From contig OX597821.1 of NCBI GenBank assembly GCA_951406725.2, positions 52,018,001-52,082,000 on the forward strand: a stretch of DNA of 64,000 bases, given 5' to 3'. The notes under the pieces were generated by a model. It saw nothing but the letters and a program-made list of their open reading frames with translations. It did no database searches and had not been told where the DNA came from. The DNA is from Octopus vulgaris (lineage: Eukaryota). This document shows, one piece after another, positions 1 through 14,302 of this stretch (its first letter is position 1; each line of letters opens with the position of its first letter). The translations under genes and the position numbers were made by a program.

Positions 1-3000
1 GAGTAAAAGATGTTTTATATGACACATTCTAACAGTGTCTGAAGTTTGAAAGTGTTTAGTTACAAAAAATTAATTTCTCGATCTGCCGTTCAATGAGTAA
101 AGATCCTAGATTCGTTAAAAACACAATACCAGAGTGAGAGGAACATCAGTGATGCCGGGCTCATGAGAATGACAAGTGTCAATGCTATGCATCTGTATTT
201 ATGAAAACACACTCATAACAGGCTTCTTAATCATGCACCCATATATCAACTTGGAAGGCAGCAAGGCAAATTTCATGTCGGTAGAATTTCAACTCATATT
301 GTAAATGTTTAGAACTAACTATTGCAAGGCATTTTATCTGAAGTTTTAGTAATTAGACCAATCACTTCGCCACCCCAGAGAAGGAAATATTAATAAAACT
401 GCAAGAAATTAGAGAAAACACAAATATTTATTTTATTATTGTTTACAGGAATATAAAAATAATTTGCTGTCTATTGCAAATTATCAACGAGTTATTAATG
501 ATGTAATTAGCTATATGAAGATAACGAGCCAATGTGGAAGCTGCTACATAAACACTCAACCTATTATTAGATATTGCAACCAAACCTTCATTATAGTCAA
601 CTAAGTTAAATAAAAAAGGATACATTTGAATAATGTAGTCCCAGATGCATTATTCTTGAAATCAATATAAGATGGTCACAAATGGAACATTTATGATTAT
701 AGGCTTGGAAACAACTGCTGGTTGTCTTTTAGAGTCTAAGAAAGACAGTTCTGCAATTTCTTGCTGAATAAGCTGCACAAATGATTTGTTTATTGAGATC
801 AAATGTATGTGCTGAACATTGGGTCACTCCCTTCAACAAATTGACATTGCTTGAACAGGTGCACTGTGTACTCCATGTCAGGTGCCAAAGTGATCGCAAA
901 GCAAAGTGGGATGAAGTGTTTTGGTCAAGAATACAATGCAAAACCCAGTCTAGGAATTGAAACCACAATCTTGTAATAATTGTGAGTGCAACACCCTAAC
1001 AACTAGGTCATGTGTCTTCACTACCTGCCAACAACTACAACCATTTGTATTAATTTCAAGTTTTGGCATGAGGCCAGCAATTTTGAAGGAGGTGGGAGTA
1101 GGTCAATTACATTGAGCCTGTTGCTAAACTGGCACTTATTTTATTGACCATGAAAAGATAAAAGGCAAAGCTGACCTCGACAAAATTTGAACTCTGAATG
1201 TTAAAACAGATGAAATACCTATTTCTTTACTACCCACAAGGGGCTAAACACAGAGGGGACAAACAAGGACAGACAAACGGATTAACTCAATTACATCGAC
1301 CCAGTGTGTAACTGGTACTTATTTAATTGACCCCGAAAGGATGAATGGCAAAGTCGACCTCGGCAGAAACAGATGAAATATCACTAAGCATTTCGTCCAG
1401 CATGCTAATGATTCTGCCTGCTCACTGCCTTACTAAGCTACTAGTATTTACTACTGCACAATGTAGTCCTAGAAACACTTTGTCTGAATAAGAGATGGAA
1501 TAGTACAGCTGGGATATCTTTTATCGAAAGCCTACTGGATCGGAACTCACTTAGGGTTAATCAATAACTATAACCACAAATGTTTACCACTATACTATAC
1601 ATGAGATAATGTACTCTTAGATACACTGAATGAATGATAGGATGGTCATGGTTGGATCAGAGATGACCCCAGGGTTCATAGACAACAATAGCAGCCAATC
1701 TGCAGATTGATGACACTAGTCATATGTTATGGTCTTTAAATCTAATTGAAGATTATTTCTGATGATTTTTGTCTGTTATGTGTACTTATTTTTTGTCTTC
1801 CTATTAAGTATTATTGATCTTTACTGAAATATAATGTTAACTTATCTGATCTGTTGACTTAATTGATCCGTTGACTTAATTGATCTGTTGAACAGGGACT
1901 TAACATGGAATTTTTCCCAAACAAACATTTACATTCCATACAAATATATTTTCTTTCAACAAGACACAAGGCCACATTGTTGTTGTTATATAACCATAGG
2001 TTAAACTTGATTGTGCAGACCTCCATCGTAGAGGAAGACAGATAAACTATTTGGAATACAGGCATATCTCAACTTACTTTGTTCCAAATTACATCTTTTT
2101 TGACTTTACATTGTTTTCTTTTTTACTTTTTATGAAATGAAAGGGAAAATACACCTCAGCACTTCAATTGATTTATCTGACTTTACGTTGGTCTCAGCAA
2201 ACATATTTAAAAGGATAAAAATAAAAATAAAAAAAATCTAAAAATTAATACTGAAGTGAAAAATCAAATAAAAATGCTTGTGAAAATAGGTACAAATGGT
2301 TTATTAATACAAATATTAGCTTGTAAATTTTTTTTAATGTTATGTAATTTTTTCGAGTAAAATAACATGTCCTGGAACCAGTTAAGGTATGCCTCTATTT
2401 GCCTACTGTTTCCTGAAAGTCAGCCTACTGCATAGAGGTTCCCTTGTTGGCTCAACAAAGCAGCATTTTATAGTGAGGTACAGAGGGCTAGAATCAACTT
2501 CTTTATATTATTTATTTCTTTAGAGGCCACAGGAGGCTAAACATAGATGGGATAAACAAGGACAGACAAAGGATTAAGTCGATTACATCAACCTCAGTGC
2601 ATAATGTGTACTTATTTAATCAACTCTGAAAGGATGAAAGGCAAAGTCGACCTCAGCAGAATCTGAACTCAGAATGAAATACCGTCAGACGAAATACCTA
2701 TTTCTTTACTACCCACAAGGGGCTAAACACAGATGGGACAAACAAGGACAGACAAATGGATTAAGTCGATTACATCGATCCCAGTACATAACTGGTACTT
2801 AATTTATCAACCCTGAAAGGATGAAAGGCAAAGTCAACCTCGGCAGAATTTGAACTCAGAACGTTGCGGCAGACGAAATACCGCTAAGCATTTCGCCCGG
2901 CGTGCTAACATTTCTGTCAGCTCACCACCCCTCTTTATATTATTGGCACTTATTTAAGGATACAGAAGTTCCCTTTCTAGCCAAGCTGTTTCAAGTTGTA

Positions 3001-3138
3001 TATTGAAATATTTGTGTATTGTTCTCGTTTATGCCTCATGACTTAGCTGTTCAACAAAAAGACATGAAGATATGTTCAAGACTTAAATAAATACTAGGGC
3101 ATCAGCATGAATAGAAGAATGAATGCATCTCTGCTTAC

Positions 3139-3207
3139 CTTATAGACATCAAACTGTTCGATTGTTGAATCAAACATTGTGTATAGATCATTTAGGAGAG
3201 CCACAAC
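3139..3207 (-). CDS. Receptor guanylyl cyclase exon, cyclase catalytic domain
   Basis: ctccag| acceptor and |gtaagc donor; 69 nt; VVALLNDLYTMFDSTIEQFDVYK. The next expected exon (VETIGDAYM) was not found in 1-3138. Confidence 0.95.
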
Positions 3208-3639
3208 CTGGAGATGAAAAACAAAAGAGAGTGAGACATGTATTCATTATGAGAGAGAGAGGGAATGAGACTGAGAGAGAGAGAAAAGAAACGTGAGGGA
3301 GAGAGAGAGGGAAAGTTAGGGATAGATGGATATTAATCTGCATACATGTATATATCATCATTTAACATATGTTTTCCATGCTGGTATTGGTTGGATGGTT
3401 TGGCAGGAGCTGGCCAGCCGGCGAGCTGTCCAGACTCCAATTGTCTGTTGTGGCGTAGTATCTATGGCTGGGTGCTCTTCTTAATGCCAACCACTTTACA
3501 GAGTGTGCTGGGTGCTTTTTATGTGGTAAAATGTTTATTAAAAGTTTGTATAAGCATCCAGCTAAATTATTCTTAATTTGCTTGGCGAATGAAATAATCA
3601 TCCAAATAATGTTGTTCTTATCAGAAGATACATTATAAT

Positions 3640-4350
3640 TTTCAAATTTTCAAATCTTATAATACATATGAAGGGTTTGTCCTAACTTTAAGATAACTAT
3701 TCGATGAACAAGGCAATGAATTGGTTTCCATATTCTGTATATCATTGTTATTTATTGGACATTTACCCTTATTATTTCTACCCTTATTTCTATTTCTACC
3801 TTGTCCTTTAAAATAATTGCTATCATGAGTAACATCCATGCCATCAGAGCAACTATGGTCCATATTTTGCACATAATACTTTAATTTCTGTCAATACCCA
3901 GCTTTGCTGAGTGCTATATTATAATAGTCAGCGTTTCTATTAAAAATATCCTTAGGAGGTGATAAATCAGGAATTCTGCTAGAAATATTGTATATCAAAA
4001 AGTTTTCTACAGAACTGGGATGATTACTTCCAATATTTATATACTTAAGATTGGAGTTAGGTTTGTGGTATAGTTCATAGTTGTCAGTAATGAGATTTAG
4101 GTTAACATCCAAGAAGTTAACTGACTCATGTATATTTTCAATTGTTATGGGGAGTCCAAAATTTTTTTAAAAACTATAAAATTCCTTCTTATGTAATTCA
4201 AATTTTCTACTAGATAGATTTCTGATTGCAAAAAGGGCAATCATCCATATAAAGACCTACTGCAAGTTCAGCAAAATCCCTTCTTAAGATAAAAATAATA
4301 TAAATACTTACTAAATCTGTAACTTGGGCAGAATCTGCAGAACCCTGTTT
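3640..4350 (-). mobile_element. Penelope-like element RT/linker fragment
   Basis: NFLDVNLNL...YHKPNSNLKYINIGSNHPSS...ISSRIPDLS...IF...YNIALSKAGY, typical of the PLE RT C-terminus. Confidence 0.75.
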
Positions 4351-4707
4351 TGATTCGTCATCATTTTGTAGCTTTCAACACTTTAACACACACACACACA
4401 CAAGTACATAGGAATAGTAACGGTTTTTTAAATACACCTGTTGCTAAAACACACATATCTAAGTCTATGAAAGGTTAACCAATACGTTGAAATGTAGCTT
4501 CTTTCTAAAAATTCTGTCCCCAGATGAAATACCAAACCTACGATATCCAATATGAAAATTTAAATAAATTTAATTTAATTTGATTCTTTAAATTGAATTG
4601 TGTATCGAAACAGCTGTAGGTGTAAAGAATTTGATGTTATACTGAATGGAATTTGTTCAAATAAATTGATGTCTATATATTAATTTCTCCATTTTCTTTT
4701 TCTCATA

Positions 4708-4751
<44 letters not shown>

Positions 4752-6465
4752 AACTATACGTGCAACTACATTTACTCTGTGCAGTAGAAACATGTGTTGG
4801 TCATTGTAACCAACTAATTATGCTGTATGACCAACTGTAAAATTAAAAGACAAAATTTTGCTGATGTACCTGTCTCTGTATTCTTTGTAATTGTTTGAAA
4901 TCTAATCCTGATAATATTCATAATCCAGAGAAGCAAAGTGAGAGTTACCAATCAGAAGAATTACAGTGAGATTGCTAATACTTGGCAATCATTGATACTT
5001 AGTACTGAGAATTTTATATTAACATTATATATATAAAAGCATCTGTATGTAGCGCTACAGAAAAGTGCCTGTGTGGTGCCATATAAAAGCACCTGTGCAG
5101 TGTCATGTAAAAGCATCCAGTACACTCTGAAAAGTGGTTGCTGTTAGGAAGGGCATCTAACCATAGAAACCATGCCAAATCAGACTGGAGTCTGGTGCAG
5201 CCCCACTGACTTGCCAGCTCTGGTCAAACCATCCAACCCATGCTAGCACGAACAACAAGCATTAAATAATGATGATGATGATATATAATAGCATGGGTAC
5301 ATGGTCAAGTGTCCAGGCAAATAACCTGATTTTCAGCCATGACTATTTAAGAGTAAATTTAAGCCATGTTAAGTAAATGAATTTTACTAATAAATTAAAT
5401 CTGATATTTTCACTATTAAATTGGCTCCCATACTAACTTGACCCTGGTTTATGTCATGCAGAAATGCATCATAAGGAGTACATAGAATATTTCAAAATCG
5501 AGAAGCTTCTCTTTCTAGGAACAATAGCTGAAGATAGAATAAAAAAATATTCAAAAAGATTTATCTTATTTCCAGATTCTAAATTTGTGGCAGTCTGTTT
5601 GTCAAGTTTTTGAGTGGATATTTATTTGTGGTAATAGGTAAACGCTCATCACTGTTTCATAATATTGAAGAAGAATCTGAAATTTTTTTATATATCTAAT
5701 ATAGATTGATTATCCGTCAGTTTGTATATTGAACATTAAAACAAACTTTACACAAATTGAATTTACTTGAAAAAAAAAAAAAATTCACAAAAACCCCATC
5801 AAAACCGATAATAAAGAAGATAATGTATTGGGAATAAAAAATAATTTTACTAGAAAAATATTGCCTTTATTTGAAAAACAGTAAAATCTTTACATAAGAT
5901 TATAAAATTAATTGAATGAAACATCAACATTCACATAAATCAATAACTTCATTTGCACTATTAATATCAAAATATTATTTCTTTATACATATAAAATTTT
6001 AATTTAAAACTCTTCTGGTACTTATAAAAATTTTCTAATCCTCATAAAAATTTTGTCTTCTTAAAAAGATTCTGCTTTTTGTAGAACTTGTTTCTACATT
6101 AAAATGATTTGAACCCTATAAAAATTTTGAACTCCTAACATTTTCTGCTTCACCTAAAAATTCTTTATCTCCTAAAACTTTTGTGCCCTCTTAAAAATGA
6201 TTTGTTTCTTTCCAAAATTTTGTACCTCTTGTAAAATAGAACAACTACACAGCTAATAAAAGTCATCAAATTAGCAGAAAAATTAGAAATAATTAGAAAT
6301 AAATTTTAAGGAGGGTTGGGGAACAATTTTCTGGACATCAATGACTGAAAGGGGTATTTAGTTTTGTTTATTTTTTCTATGTGATTCTGAATCTGACCTT
6401 AGTTTTCCTTTAGATGCTCTGTTCCAAAAGCACACATGATACAAATATACACTCCCAACTACTTC

Positions 6466-6498
<33 letters not shown>

Positions 6499-6501
6499 AA
6501 C

Positions 6502-6564
<63 letters not shown>

Positions 6565-6615
6565 AACACATATATATATGCATACATATATAAACATATA
6601 TACATATATATTTGT

Positions 6616-6670
<55 letters not shown>

Positions 6671-6719
6671 CATACATATATAAACATATATATACATAAA
6701 CATTTATATATACATATAA

Positions 6720-6756
<37 letters not shown>

Positions 6757-6768
6757 TATATATATATA

Positions 6769-8059
6769 CGAGGGACGTTCAATAAGTAATGCCTCTGACC
6801 CACTTGCAATTGTTTGATCTAGCTGAAATTTTGCATGTGCAATCATTTATATCTCTATAGAGTAAGTGCCAAATTACAGCTCTGAATTAATTGTGGTTTC
6901 TGATTTACAGGTGTATGAACCGAGTCATGTGTGAAATGGAGCCTGTTGAGTGTCGAGCAGTGATCCGGTTTTTGTATTTGAAAGGACACACACCACGGGA
7001 GACTTTTGATGAAATGAAAGTAACTTATGGTGATGATGCCCCATCATATGACCTTGTAAAACGCTGGCATCGTGAATTCAAACATGGTCGGAACTCTGTG
7101 GAAACAGCTCCCAGATCTGGTTGCCCCCTTCTGCCATTGATGAGGCATCTGCCCGTCAAGTTGAGACTGCCATTTTGGAAGATTGATGCATAATTATTCG
7201 CCAAATAGCCCATGAGGTCAAGATTAGTACCGGGTCTGTGGAAACTATCATTCATGACCATTTGCATATGCAAAAGGTGTCTGCCAGATGGATTCCCAGG
7301 TTGCTCACGCCTTTCCAGAAGCAAGAACGCGTCGAGTGCTCGAGGGTGAATTTGGAGATGTGCCAAGAAGATGAGTCAAAATTTTTCAAAAGACTGATTA
7401 CACAGGTTGAAACCTGGGTCCATCACGATGATCCAGAGACCAAAGCCCAGTCAATGCAGTGGAAGCACCGTGACTCACCCCCTCCAAAGAAGGCAAGGGT
7501 GCAGCCCTCCGCTGGCAAAGTCGTGCTCACAGTCTTCTGGGACCAGGACGGAGTAGTGATGACAGATTTCCTGGCAAAGGGTACTACAATTGCAGGAGCC
7601 TATTATGCTTCACTTTTGAGGAAATTAAGAGAAGTTATCAAAATCAAGAGGCGGGGCAAGATCAGCAAAGGCATCCTCCTCCTGCAGGACAACGCTCCGG
7701 TCCTCAACTCGCTTGTCGCCAGATCAGAAGCACAGGCGTATGGCTATGAACTCCTCCCCATCCCCCCTACTTTCCTGACCTTGCACCCTCTGATTTTCAC
7801 CTCTTCCCAATCAGGAAATTGTTTTTGAAAGGAAAGCGTTTCCCAGATGATGCAGCCTTGATTTATGAAGTCACGTTGAGGTTGGAGGACCAAGCTGGGT
7901 TCTTCTACAAAAACGGTCTCCAGAGCCACATCAAACGATGGGAGAAACGCGTAACTCTGGGTGGTTCCTATGTAGAAAAAGACTAATAACTGTGCCAAGT
8001 TTCGTTGCTCTACTGCTATGGGAAGTGGGTCAGGGGCATTACTTATTGAACGCCCCTCG
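6769..8059 (+). mobile_element. Full-length mariner transposon (irritans-like), inactivated
   Basis: 1291 bp; TIRs cgaggg(a/g)cgttcaataagtaatgcc(t/c)ctgacccactt; TA on both sides within (TA)n. Transposase from ATG 6936 to stop ~7986 has WIPRLL, ITQVETW (first catalytic D reads V), LQDNAP and frameshifted PYFPDLAPSDFHLF motifs, with two frameshifts. Confidence 0.93.
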
Positions 8060-8283
8060 TATATATATATAAACATATATACTCTTTTACTTGTTTCAGT
8101 CATTTGCCTGTGTCCATGCTGGAGCACCGCCTTTAGTCGGGCAAATTGACCCCCAGGACTTATTCTTTGTAAGCCTAGTACTTATTTTATTGGTCCTTTT
8201 TGCTGAACTGCTAACTTACGGGGACATAAAAACACCAGCATCCGTTGTCAAGTGGGGGGGGGATAATCACAGACACACAAGCA

Positions 8284-8349
<66 letters not shown>

Positions 8350-8705
8350 CGATGGGCTTCTTTCAGTTTCTGTCTACCAAATCCACTCACAACGCTTTGG
8401 TTAGCCTGAGGCTATAGTAGAAGACACTTGCCCAAGTTTCCACGCAGTGGGACTGAACCTGGAACCATGTGGTTAGTACGCATACACACACACATATATT
8501 TAGATGCAGTTAAATATATGTCCACTTCATAGAGTAACCAATAGTTTCGCATCCATAAAGCACTTAGCTTTTTTAGACAACTCATTAGACACTAATGGTA
8601 GAGGGCATATCAATCTATGACTGGACATATATTTAACTGCATGTAAATACATTACTGTTCTATCCTTTAGAGTGTGCTTCATTTTCAGATATGTGATCCA
8701 CTGAT

Positions 8706-8757
<52 letters not shown>

Positions 8758-9589
8758 TACAAGCAAAGTGCTCCCCATCCAATGGACGGTGGTGCGTTGT
8801 CAAAATTTTAAACAAAATTTTCTCAAAACAACTTGTCTGACCGTCTCATAGGCCTCCCCTTTGAGAAACACTGATTTAACCTAAATTTGAGACACAAGCA
8901 AAAGAAGAAATAAAGATAGAATTTTTGTCTATTCCAAAGAAAAACGATTTTATTCACACAAATATGCAACTGAAGAGTTTAAAGTACCAGTAATGATAAG
9001 GCTGTTGACAGGGAGAACACAAACATGGTTTAAACAGTAAGCTTGGCAGGAAAGACACGTGCCTTTAAGTAGTACAAAACCAACAAAAAATGGAAGGTGC
9101 AGTTATGTACAGGTTGACGGAAGAAAAGCAGGACAAAAACGGCTTTATCAATCGCATTCTCACCTGAAATCGATTTTTGTAATTTTTTCAAGACTTATAC
9201 ATGCTCTGATACTGTTAGTATCTACATATCAAGTTTGAGTGGAATCAGATGGAGGATGCCTGAGATCCGAGAAGACACACACACACAGACAGACAGACAG
9301 AACGATTTTATATAATATAGTTAAAATTTACAGAAAACAAAAGATGAGGACTGGTGACGGAATAACAAGCAGGTGTATTAGTTTGATGTTCAGGAAGAAT
9401 GGAAAAGTCTTTGACATTTTAATCCCACAGTCTTTGTCAGAAAGGGTTGAGAGGAAAAAAAAGAGAGAGAACAAGAAAAAAATAAAACTGAGAGATAAAA
9501 ACTGTGTAGGGATTAATGATTCAACATGATGAAATGACTGGAAGAAAGAGGCTGAGTGACAGGCAGATAATAACGGTGCCCAGGAAGAA

Positions 9590-10560
9590 TTAGGGTGTGC
9601 AAGGACATGTGTGTATGTGAGAATGGTGTGTGTGTGAATGTGGGTGTGTGGAAGGGAGTGAACATGTGTGAATGTATGTGTGGGTGAGCTTAAGATTATG
9701 TGGGCTTGTATGCATATGGGAGTGTGTGTATGTGTAAAAGTAACCTAGTGTCTGCATTGCAAGGAGTGATGTGTGTTTCATGTATCTGTGAGTGTGTGTG
9801 TGTGTATGGATGTGTGTATATGTGTGAGGGTGTGTATAGTATGTGTGAAGCTATTGTGTGTGTGCATGTGCAAACACTTGTGTGTAGCAGCTAATATGTG
9901 CTTGTTCAAGTGGTGTGTATATGTGTGTGGGTGAGACACTATAGCGTGTGTGTGTGTGTTATGTATGTTTATTTGTGTATATTGTCTGTGTCCAGGTGTA
10001 TTGTGTGCATGTGCAATGTATGCTTTTAGGAGTGAATAGTGTGTTGTGGGGGAATGCATGGAAGTGTGAGGTGGAATAGGGGCGACAAAAGTCAGGGTGG
10101 GAGGTATTGGATGCTTGTGTGTATGGATGGGAAGATATGTGTGAATGCATGTGTGTGAGTGAAAGTATGCATAATGGTCTGTGGTGTAGGTACTGAGTTG
10201 AACAGTGTGCAGGGGAGTTTGTATAATGGCGTGTGTAGTGAGGGTACCGGTGAGTGTGTGGGTATGAGCAGCATAATGGTGTGTAGTGTGGGTAATGGAA
10301 GGTGTTGGGTGCTGGTGTGTATGTGGAGTAGGAATGTGTGTGTGAGTGCATGTTTGTATGAATGTGTGTGCATGTGTGGTGTGAGTACTGAGTTGAGCAG
10401 TGTGTATGAGTGTTATAATGATGTAAAGTGGGGTGTGGTGAGGGTACTGAGCCAGGCATAGTACGGGTGTGTGGGTGGAGGGGATGGACAGTTAAAGGTG
10501 GGAGGTGTTTAGAAATATGTGTGGGGTAAGTTTCAGATGAAGAGAGGTGGTGAATTAAGG
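9590..10560. repeat. ~1 kb degenerate GT-rich low-complexity tract
   Basis: Strong G+T strand bias with internal repeats such as gtactgagttga.cagtgtg and gcataatggt. Confidence 0.8.
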
Positions 10561-10800
10561 CCATAAGGAGCAAAGTAACATATGTTTCTGTCCCAGCTTT
10601 AAGTTGCTGAGTTCTTTCAAATTATTATACAGTTGAATACTGTTCAGCAACAGCCATGAGTAAGTGCTTCATCGAGTGGAATACGATTAATGGAATATAC
10701 CTAAATGTAGGATATGATGTGGTAGCCAAATAGGGCCATAAGAACTTTTAAATGTACATTACGAGGTTTTCACCCAAATTATTCTAAATAAATAAGACTA

Positions 10801-10877
<77 letters not shown>

Positions 10878-11139
10878 GAGGATAGATAGAGAGAGAGAGA
10901 TAAGTACAGGTATGGCTATATAGAAAACAAGTTTGCCTCTCAGGCATGTAGTTTTGGGTTCAGCCTCACTGCATGCCACCTTAGGCATGTGTCTTCTGCT
11001 ACAGCCTGACACCAGCCAATGCCTTCTGCTACAGCCTGACACCAGCCAATGCCTTCTGCTATATTTGGCACATACATTCATAAACATCGGCTTGTTATTG
11101 CACTAATTATAAAACTCAATGTAACATATGTAAAATATA

Positions 11140-11537
11140 TTCTTTTCTACTCTAGGCACAAGGCCCGAAATTTTTGAGAAGAGACCAGTCAATTAGATCG
11201 CCCCCAGTACGCAACTGGTACTTAATTTATCAACTCCAAAAGGATGAAAGGCAAAATCGACCTTGGCAGAATTTGAACTCAGAATGTAAATACAGACAAA
11301 ATACCTATTTCTTTACTACCCACAAGGAGCTAAACACAGAGAGGACAAACAAGGACAGACAAATGTATTAAGTCGATTATATTGACCCCAGTGCATAACT
11401 GGTCCTTAATTTATCGACCCCGAAAGGATGAAAGGCAAAGTCGACCTCGGCGGAATTTGAACTCAGAACATAACGGCAGACGAAATACGGCTACGCATTT
11501 CGCCCGGCGTGCTAACGTTTCTGCCAGCTCGCCACCT
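11140..11537 (-). mobile_element. SINE family B (tRNA-like head plus Deu/Nin-like core), tandem dimer
   Basis: Minus strand ggcgagctggcagaaacgttagcacg...gagttcaaattcc...gtcgactttgcctttcatcctttcggggtcgataaa; the core assignment is from memory of Deu/Nin SINEs. Other clusters: 1050-1430, 2515-2930, 17310-17510, 20580-21100, 22985-23340, 23965-24312, 28800-29218. Confidence 0.8.
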
Positions 11538-11717
11538 TATAATGTAAAATATATTATATAATATAAAACAATGTAATATGGCAATTGAAATGAAATTATC
11601 TATTAAAGAAAAAATGAAGATGACAGACATTAACACTCTCCTCTCTGAAAATTTCTCCAGACAGATCAGAATGGAAGGAACAGAAAGAAAATAGGACACT
11701 TGGTATGGTATACTTAC

Positions 11718-11841
11718 TTGATGGGGAGTGCTTTCTGCAGACATTGCAGTAAAACCGCAAATGTCACTGAAGAAAAGGGTTACGCTTTCAAACTCTTCAG
11801 CTTGAATAGTTTCACCCCGAATTAATGCCCCGGCGACAGAC
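11718..11841 (-). CDS. Receptor guanylyl cyclase exon, start of cyclase catalytic domain
   Basis: cttttcaag| acceptor (uncommon AAG) and |gtaagt donor; 124 nt; [41 protein letters not shown], containing the first metal-binding Asp (FSDI.GFT). Confidence 0.95.
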
Positions 11842-12799
11842 CTTGAAAAGGAAATGTTGAGAAGTTGGTTTAATGCTAGTAGTCATAGACATTTGAAAAC
11901 ACATGAGAATAGAGAAATGATTTACAAAGTTTTAAAGACTAAAAAAAAAACAACAAAATAACTACAACAAAAGACACTCCAGAACCATTTGGTTTGCTAT
12001 TACTGATTTAACCGTTTAATGTAAAATTAAATTTCATAATTATTTTAGTAATGATGTTAAATATCTTCCAAAAAATAGAATTGGTGGGAAAATTTGATTA
12101 GAGGCTGTTGCTGCAGCCATCTATAGTAGCTTTTGGAGTAAAAGAGAGTGAGAGAGAAAGAATGAGAGGGAGGGAGAGAGTGAGAATTTACTTAGAAATA
12201 GAAGAGGGGATGAAAATTCCTTTTAAGGGGAGAGAACTGCTCCAGGGTTTATATTTTTTAAATAATTATAGGAAATCCTTTTCTTCTGAGTGAGAGAGCA
12301 TATGAAATATTTTCCCATATAACCCATTTTCTTTTCTTTCTAAGAGTCCTTGTAGTTGTAGATAGTGCCATTTCACCCTTCTTATGAGCTTCTCAGTACA
12401 ACATGGCTGGAGTCATGAAATTAGTATTTTTTCTTAAATTAGTTAGTATTTTAACCATGACATTCCTCATCAAAAGATAAATTGGTCTATAAAACTAGAT
12501 AAATATCTGATTTCTGCAGTAAAATGCTTAAGAAAGCATAAACTTTTGGTAGTGGATCTCACAATGTGCTTTTTTGCTCCTCAATTGTAGCCATTTCACT
12601 TTAATTATGACATGATTTCTTGAGTCTGCATGAGGTATAACACATTTATACCAGAAATAACATTATTACTACTGTTGTTGTTGTTGCTTTTGTTGTTGAT
12701 GTTGACGATGTTATTACTGCTGTTGTTGTGTTTTCACCTCTTCAGACATGCTTCTGTTTGCTCCCGTGGAATTCAAACCTTTTACTATGCATGCCAGCT

Positions 12800-13010
12800 C
12801 TGTCTGGCACCTGTGCGGGTGGCACGTAAAAAGCACCCACTACACTCACGGAGTGGTTGGCGTTAGGAAGGGCATCCAGCCGTAGAAACACTGCCAGATT
12901 TGACTGGGCCTGATGAAGCCTTCTGGCTTCACAGACCCCAGTAGAACCGTCCAACCCATGCTAGCATAGAAAACGGACACTAAACGATGATGATGATGAT
13001 GATGATGATG
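12800..13010 (+). mobile_element. SINE family D 3' portion (ggaagggcatcc core, (GAT)n tail)
   Basis: Related copies at 5040-5283(+), 3362-3525(-) and 22005-22045(+). Confidence 0.7.
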
Positions 13011-14058
13011 AACTGAAGGATAAAATAAAAAGGATCCTTCCCTAGAATTTTCTTCAGAGGATTCTTTTGAAATATTTTGTATATCTCTCCAAACTAATGA
13101 TGACATAAGGTCTTTGAATTTAGAACATTTTTAATGCAATTTATTCTGTTTACAACTTAAGATGTTATCTCTAGAAAAACAATATTCAGCACAAAGAGAT
13201 ATGTTCCCCCAGAAAAAACAAAAAACAAAACAAAACAATATTCACCACAAAATAGTACAGAAAGAAAACAAAAATAAAACCTCAAAAGAAAAAGAAATTT
13301 AATTATGCAACAGAATATTTGCATTCAATGTGACAAAAATTACTGATTTTTGACAGATAACAATATTAATTTGAACAATTCCAATGCTAGTATGGCGACG
13401 CTAGTTGAACTATAATAACAATAACAACACATAGATAGATACATGTATGTGCATTCTTTACCAGATAAAAAGAAGAGTGCAAAAGCTACATTGAATAACA
13501 ATAATTGGAATGTTACTTTTTGTTTTGCTAACACAATCAATAACAAACAGGTGGTAATGGGTATGAAACATCTGGCTGAGATATAAATTCACTTGGGTTG
13601 AGTTATGTGAGCTGGGAGAGTATTTTGTGTATTTCTGCCAGAGCAGTTTATCCAAAGAATGAGAGATATAAGTCACCTATATCTATATCACAAAAATGGA
13701 AGCAGTTTTCTTATAGAACAGTTGAAGATAACCTTGACTGAATTGTTGTTGATGTTAAGTCTCCCTGTCTCCTACTTCCTGCTGGTCTTCTTACCTGCCC
13801 AGCTACCTATCTATCATGTGAACTATGTGTGTGTTTCTGTTTTTATACAGAACCCTCTCCATTGAAACATTACCCTTGTGTATGTGTCTTATATATCACT
13901 GATGTGGGATACATTTAAATTTATGATGTACTTATGCAATGTATATGTCTGATAAATTGATTCAGATTTTGATACAAGGCAAACAAGTTTAGAGAGAGAT
14001 GGGGGATAATCAATTACATTGACACCAGTACTTATTGACTCTGAAAGAAGGCAAAATA

Positions 14059-14302
14059 CAGAGCAAAAGATAAATTGAAACCAGCATTCCAGCTTACATT
14101 GGTCAATTCTGAATGTTCATCTGAAAATCTGAAGATCCAAATGATAGACTGGATAAGCAGAGCGTCAGACAACAAATCAAAATAATGAAAAAGTAAATCT
14201 TATCATAGTAGTTTAATTCATATTTTATGTACATCACTGCTTAAAGTCAACCAATAGCTGTAAGTTAAGGGGCTGGACTCCAGACATTGACTACAGATCA
14301 TG
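14059..14302 (+). pseudogene. Inverted, diverged duplicate of cyclase exon 19735-19906 plus ~85 nt of its downstream intron (antisense pseudo-exon / candidate editing-complementary sequence)
   Basis: The plus strand here (ttgaaaccagcattcc...gaagatccaaatgatagac...aagtaa...gtagtttaatt...ctacagatcatg) matches the minus-strand sense sequence of 19896-19649; ~83% identity over 138 aligned positions covering the exon and its donor, with one 28-nt deletion. Confidence 0.9.

Noticed and set aside
4650-4678. 12-nt match (ttgatgtctata) to the sense sequence of exon 3139-3207
   Set aside because: Short and inside a Penelope-associated repeat tail; not a credible ECS.
6358-6846. Many ORFs rich in YI/CV/HT dipeptides here and across the window
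   Set aside because: They are translations of (TA)n, (CA)n and (TACA)n microsatellites, with no splice or domain support.
8967-8984. Short plus-strand match (ctgaagagttt.aaag) to the sense sequence of exon 11718-11841
   Set aside because: Only ~15 nt with gaps and no extension; expected by chance in AT-rich DNA.
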